Assembly: GCF_000372725.1 (NCBI RefSeq)
Contig: NW_005202237.1
Span: 310,001 to 374,000, forward strand
Direction: 5' to 3'
Length of the DNA stretch: 64,000 bases
Source of the DNA: Emiliania huxleyi CCMP1516
Lineage: Eukaryota
The position numbers and the translations under genes were made by a program. Below are positions 58,521-64,000 of the stretch, one piece after another; the first letter of the stretch is position 1; each line of letters starts with the position of its first letter. The notes under the pieces are model-generated. The model ran no database searches, was not told the origin of the DNA, and saw only the letters and a program-made list of their open reading frames with translations.

Positions 58521-60205
58521 ATGGCCCAGGTGTGGCAGGAGGAGGCGGCGGAGGAGGAGGAGGGTGAGGAGGAGGAGGGTGAGGAGGGGGATCCCAACGG
58601 AGCGGTGACGGCGGCGGTGGCGGCGGTGGCAGCAGTGGCGGCGGCGGCTGTGGCGGCTGTGGCAGGGCAGGCGGCGCAGGCGGCGCAGGTGGACGATTGC
58701 ATTGATGCCACCGAGCAGCCGGCGGCGCCTGCACACCTCCCGGAGGCATGTGAGGAGCAGGGTCCCAACGCGCTGAGCGGCGCGGCAGCGGCGGCCGAGG
58801 AGGCCGAGGCACAGGAGCGGCTCCTGCGGCCGCACGCGGGGACCCCAGAGCGTCGGCCAAGCTTCGGTTCGCGGCTGCGGCGCGCCTTTGCCGCCCTGGT
58901 CGTGCTTCCGGACCCGCAGGAGGAGGAGGAGGAGGCGCACGGGCCGGAGCTGCAGCTGACTCGCACCCACTCGGGCGCCGAGTGCGCAATCTGCCTCGCA
59001 ACCCTCGGCTCATGCGTCGAGACTCCGTGCGGCAGCACCGCTCGCCTCTGGGCCCTCCGACCCTCGCCCTCTCTGATCAATGCCGTCTGGCCATCTCGCT
59101 GTCTCGACCTCTCGCCCTCTCGCACTCCCTCTCCACCTTCTTTCCCTCCCCTCCCCTCTCCCGCAGCTGCGGCCACGCCTTCCATGCCGCCTGCCTCGAG
59201 CACTACTTTGCAACCTCGCGCCAGCCCGGACAACGGCCTCGCTGCCCGTACTGTCGCTCCTCGGTGCACGCGCCCTTGCCGGTCGAGGCGCCGTCCCCGA
59301 CCTCGCTACAGCCGCGCCTCCGAGCCGTCTCGCAAACCTCGCCGGAACCTTCTCTCTGCAGGCGCGCGCCGTCTCCGGCTTGCCGCTGGAGCCTGTCGCT
59401 GCGCCACGCCGCGGCGGCCGGTGCCACTTTGACCGGCGGCGGCTCCACGACGCCGCCGCCCGCCCGAGCTCGGTGCAGGACACGTCCAGCACGCGTCCGG
59501 CCTAGGCAGTACCGCTTCCTCGACCTCGGCGACTTCGGGAGGGCGGGGATGCTGTACCTCCTCTCGTCAAACGAAGACCGCAAGACGGCCTCGAGCGCCG
59601 TCATGTGGGTGGTCGAGGCGCGAGATGCCGCCGAGGGGATGCGGCCGAGATGCGGTTGGGATGCGGCCGAGATGCCGCCGAGGGGATGCGGCCGAGATGC
59701 GGTTGGGATGCGGCCGAGGGATGTGGTCGAGATGTGGCTGAGTTTGTGTGAGCGACTAGGCGCGTGTGCCGTGCACCATCCACCTCAACTACCGCTCGGC
59801 GAGGCACGTGGCCGAGGGGCGGCAGGAGGCGTGGCTGCGGGCCAAGGGCTTCGCGCCAAACGGCGAGCCTCGCCTCGGCTGCAGAGGGGGACGGGCGGGG
59901 GGATGGACGGAGGGGGGGGGGGTGGTAACGGCGGCGCCCCACACACTCCTCTTCCTCCGGCACCTAGGCGCGCTCCGCTCGGCGGTGAGCTCCGGCGTCC
60001 CGAACGGCCCCTACTCGGGCCCTGTCTACTCCAAGGCGCCGCCCGCCAGAGTCGCAAGCTGCCTCGGTCTTGTGATTCTCTTGTGTGCTGCAGCCCACCG
60101 CCAGCCCCGTGTCCCTCGCAGGTGCTGAGCGAGCCCGGCTCCGTAGAGCTGATGGGCTCCGCCACTTGGGAAGGCACCTACTTCGTCTTCATCGACTGCA
60201 GCTGA
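58521..60205 (+). CDS. RING-H2 zinc-finger protein (putative E3 ligase), multi-exon
   Basis: CAICLATLGSCVETP|CGHAFHAACLEHYF...RCPYCR (C3H2C3); spliced C-terminal domain ...SSGVPNGPYSGPVYSK|VLSEPGSVELMGSATWEGTYFVFIDCS. Confidence 0.85.
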
Positions 60206-60724
60206 GGCCGCGAGACGACACGCCACTCGCACACTCACACAGCGCGCAGCCACACTCACATACGCACGCACGCGCGCAAGTAGCTACTCACGCGCCGCGA
60301 GCGCGCGCACGCACGCACTGGAGATGGATGAATTATAGGAGATTCTGTATATAGCTACGGTCGCCATCGCCGTGCCGTCTCTCTCTCGTCGGCACGTTAC
60401 GCGGTACGGCCAGTGATGATGTCGAGACTGTTCGTGGGGGTTGTGTGCGCGTGTGTGTGTGTGTGTGGTTGTGTGCGCTTGTATCTGTCTGTCTGACGCT
60501 TGGCTAGCCGCTTCTTGAGTGACTTGCCCGCTCGCCCCGCGGTGCTGATCCAGATGTGTGCTGCTAGTAGCGCGCGCTCTACGTGTACTCTCTCTTGTCA
60601 AGTGTTCGTCTCACTCGTCTGTATAGACAGCAATGGGTGCGGCTCACAGTGGAAGAAAGGGTGCACGACATCGACAATCGAATAGCACCGAGACACACTC
60701 GGTGACACTCATTCAAGAACAGAC

Positions 60725-61144
60725 CTATCTCGCCGCCTTCTTTTTGAAGCGCGACGCCCGCCCCGCCGCCTCATCGTCAGACTCAGACTCGGACTCGGCC
60801 GCCGCTGCAGGCCGTTTCTGCGGCTGCTTGCGGGCGGCGGTGGCGGTGGCGGTGGCGGTGGCGGCAGTGGCGGTGGCGGGTCTCTCGCGCCTTGGCTTCG
60901 CTGGCCGCTCCAGACTGGCCTTCAGTCGCAGTTCGGCCGCACTGGAGACCGAGCCGCGCGGCGGCTTGGCGCCCAGGCCGAGCCGCGCCGGCCGCGGCGC
61001 AAAGGCCTTGTCGGCGGCAGGCGCGCTCGCTGAGGCTGCTGGTGCAGGCCGGCCTGCCGCCTTAAGCCAGCCCTGCACCAGCCGAGCGCACTCGCCGGTC
61101 GGGAGGACCGGAAGGTCGAGCAGCGCGTCGTCGTGAGGGCCCAT
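60725..61144 (-). CDS. Small basic hypothetical protein (DUF3245-like)
   Basis: ARLVQGWL...RPARLGLGAK...ESDDEAAGRASRFKKK layout resembles small conserved eukaryotic proteins; family assignment is from memory. Confidence 0.55.
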   Translation of the reverse strand: MGPHDDALLDLPVLPTGECARLVQGWLKAAGRPAPAASASAPAADKAFAPRPARLGLGAKPPRGSVSSAAELRLKASLERPAKPRRERPATATAATATATATAARKQPQKRPAAAAESESESDDEAAGRASRFKKKAAR

Positions 61145-61542
61145 ATGTGTATGCTCGGAGTGAGGCAGCAATGACCGTCGTGTGCCTGGTGCGCCGCGGG
61201 CCGGCGTCCGCACGGTTTCTTGGAGGGTTCCGGCTCCTACCCGGATAGGGGGTCTGTGAGGACTGACTCGTGCCAAAACGCCCTACCTACCTACCTATCC
61301 CCAGGCCGCGCAGCGAAGCGAAAAAAGATGAAAATAGGGGTACCTACCTATTGCAGGGCCCTTTTGGGCCAAACAACATACCTACCTATCTGGGAGGGGC
61401 CAGCCAGTCCCAACAGACCCCCTCCGCAGGGATGCTGCGGCGCGTTTTTTGTTTTTCGTTTCCGTGTAGATCGTCGGCCGACTCCCTCCGCAGGTCGGAC
61501 GTCGCAGCACTCCAGTCGCAGGCTCAGACCTTCTCACCCTCA

Positions 61543-61977
61543 ATGAAGGCCGAGGTGGTTTTGATGAGCACGTGGGTTGCTGTGGAGTCTCTAACCATTG
61601 GCGCTGCCGGGTTTGGCGTTGGGCCGTTCGTCGAACTTGTTGCGAACGACCGCGGAGAGGCTGACGGCCATACTCGGTTTGCTCAGCAAATTACCGCCGC
61701 CCACTTCCGCACCTCACCGCCGATTCCATGCTCGCATAGGCGATTCGCGGCTTTCCTGGGCTCATTGATGCTCCTCAACGTATACGGCGTTGCTACCGCG
61801 CTTGGCAGCAGCAATGGAGCGGGATCAGCCGCCATCGTGCACACGGTGCTTGTCGCTGACGAAATTGCGATGGCTGCCGCACTGGCGGTGGAATCCGTGC
61901 ATGGAGACCGCCTGGCCGTCGCGTGGCACGTGGCGCTGCTACTCGGCTTCGGGGCGCTTCTGGCGCGCGGCAAGTAG
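61543..61977 (+). CDS. Small multi-pass membrane protein
   Basis: Hydrophobic segments VAVESLTIGAAGFGVGPF, FAAFLGSLMLLNVYGVATAL, LAVAWHVALLLGFGALL. Confidence 0.5.
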   Translation: MKAEVVLMSTWVAVESLTIGAAGFGVGPFVELVANDRGEADGHTRFAQQITAAHFRTSPPIPCSHRRFAAFLGSLMLLNVYGVATALGSSNGAGSAAIVHTVLVADEIAMAAALAVESVHGDRLAVAWHVALLLGFGALLARGK

Positions 61978-63003
61978 CCTCACACACACCTCTCTGGCTG
62001 TCCCCGTGGCCGTGCGCCGTGTGGGACTGCAGACTCCGTGTCATCGTTGTCTTGGATGTGGCGCTGAACAAAACCTAAAAACCTGAAATACAATACCACA
62101 CAAGAAGGCGGCTCGCAATAATTACTACTCTCTCTCTCCAACACGTTGATTGGAAAAGGCCCACACGCCAGTCGCCACAAGAGAGCACGGTGTGTGCACA
62201 GAGTCTTGGCCTACATAAACAGGGAGAGACCACAGAGACGACTGACGAGAGCGACACCGTCACGGAGAGCGATGCGAAAGCTGCACACGCGCCAAGCAGC
62301 CAGCACACTGCATTTGCAGTCGCCCCCAAACGTCGCCGGCGGCATTGGACGAGAGAGAGGGAGCAGGGAGAGAGCGAGAGAGACCGAGACGGAGAGAGCG
62401 AGAGCGAGAGAAAGAGAGGAGAGGCGGTCGTGATGTGAGGTTGTAAGTCACCTCATCCTCACGCCTTCGTCTCTGCAGCGACTGGCATGCCATCACCGGC
62501 GTTGCATCACCGGCACGCCAGTCGCATCACCGAAAGACGGCCTTGGAAACGGCGCCTGTCCTTCGCCGATGGAACTTTCGAGGATGGCTTTGGTATTCGA
62601 GAAGCAGAGACGCCGGGCGGGACGATCTTGCTCGCTTCGAACTCCCACTCTTGCGACTCGGTGGGGACCCAAACCGAGCCAGTCTACTGCCAGCCGGAGA
62701 ACATGAGGTGCTGATGTGCTTGCGCGCTTGTACGTACTTGTGGCGACTACTGTGATGCATGTTACGTGGCGAGGAGTCTCGCTCTTACACAACCTCGAGT
62801 GCTGTCAAGATCAATCTCGGGGTTGGTGGTACGTGTGGCCTAAGACACAGTTACAGAGCCGTGGGGTGAGATCAGATGCATGCGAGAAGCTCAACATGTC
62901 TGCATGTGTAGGTCGCAGGGTACCACCGCTCGCTGTCGCAGAAGATCTCGAGGCGCGATCCGGTGGACAGGACAGTGTGGCCGTCGAGCGCCGCCCTGGC
63001 ATC

Positions 63004-63246
63004 CTCGCGCTTTCGCTTCCGCCGCTTCGCCTTCGTCTCCTTGCTGCGCAGCAGAGTGTAGTTCGGGCCCACCTCCGCCACGCTGTCCAGCACGTGGACG
63101 GCGCTCGCCATCTCGACCGCGTCGTCCTCCGGCGGAAGCTCCGCGTCGCCCGCGGCGGCTTCCCGAGCGCGCTCGTCGCGCATCCGCTCGTGGTGGGCCT
63201 GCCGACGCGCCACGCCGTCGCCCGTGTGCCTCGCCGCCGCGTCCGG
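63004..63246 (-). repeat. Dispersed repeat (copy 2 of 9570-9813), continuing into a Tudor-like GSRLEIFCDSERWYPAT segment
   Basis: Near-identity to copy 1. Confidence 0.9.
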
Positions 63247-64000
63247 TGACGGCATCGATGCTGTCCGCACGAGCGTGACTCGCCACTCAACGACCTCCAC
63301 GACCTCCACGACCGCCGAAAAGCACGACCGCCCCAATCTCGAACCCATCTCGAGTCCTCTCACTAGTTACATACATACTTTACCATCGCAAGCCGCCTGC
63401 TCCTTTTTACCCATCTCAAAGTGAAGTGTCCATTTTTGTTTATTTACCATCTGGATCTGCAAGACCATTATATTATATAAGAGCTCATCACACTGCGCTC
63501 TTGCAGTGAGATACCGGGGATACGTGATAGTGCGTCGTCGCCGAGGCCCCGAGCTCGCTCTGCGTGAGAGATGCACATGCATCTCATACTGACAGGCTAT
63601 GTGACCTATGTCTCTCGCTCGCGGACGGCGGGCGCGGGGCTCCGCCGCGGGGGCCACTTGCACTCGATAAATATCAACGACTACCCGCAGTGCTGCCCAC
63701 GGACTTTGATAGATATGAGAGACAACCCCGGGCTCGCAAGGGACCCTAGCTGCGTGCAATGTCAATATACCTCCCGACGGGGCGTGCATGCAGTCCTCAC
63801 GCGGCCGCGGCCGGCGCGCCGAGGAGGGATCGCAGCGAATGGCGGTAGCGCAGCGAAGCGAGGAGCGAGCCCTTGGGGAGGCGCGGTGACTCGCGCGCCT
63901 TGAATGTGAAGTAGAAGAGCACGCGCCGGCCCTGCGCGTTCTCTCCGCCGCCATGCAGCAGCCGCGAGTCGAAGAGGGTCGCTGCGCCGGCCGGGAGGGT

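Noticed and set aside
61280..61400. CCTACCTA repeats as a transposon end
   Set aside because: No partner inverted repeat or TSD found in the window.

Overview
GC-rich eukaryotic genomic DNA with short, mostly GC-AG spliceosomal introns, intronic 10-11 bp tandem repeats and three N gaps. The style strongly suggests a haptophyte alga such as Emiliania huxleyi; this is an inference from sequence style only. Recognisable genes are ERD2 (KDEL receptor), a protein O-mannosyltransferase (PMT/GT39), a large UBC/E2-domain protein, NHL-BTB and BTB-BACK proteins, an ERG24-type sterol reductase, an ShKT-prolyl 4-hydroxylase, a coiled-coil/PH protein, Rab8/Sec4, a tomosyn/Sro7-like protein, a 2OG-Fe(II) dioxygenase and a RING-H2 protein, plus several hypothetical genes. 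Repeats include a 3.5 kb ~94-100 bp satellite, microsatellites, several MITE/TIR elements and non-LTR retroelement relics. Three observations stand out. (1) Many introns look as if they arose by local duplication of exon sequence, and two ~70-nt introns in unrelated genes share both 22-27 bp direct repeats and an identical 16-nt filler containing a branch-point-like CTAAT. (2) Spliced exons appear to join a membrane anchor, a ParB/Srx-like DGxHR domain and a 2OG-Fe(II) dioxygenase in one protein. (3) A PMT-type mannosyltransferase with no visible MIR domain is present in an apparent alga. Exon boundaries were read by eye and need transcript confirmation.
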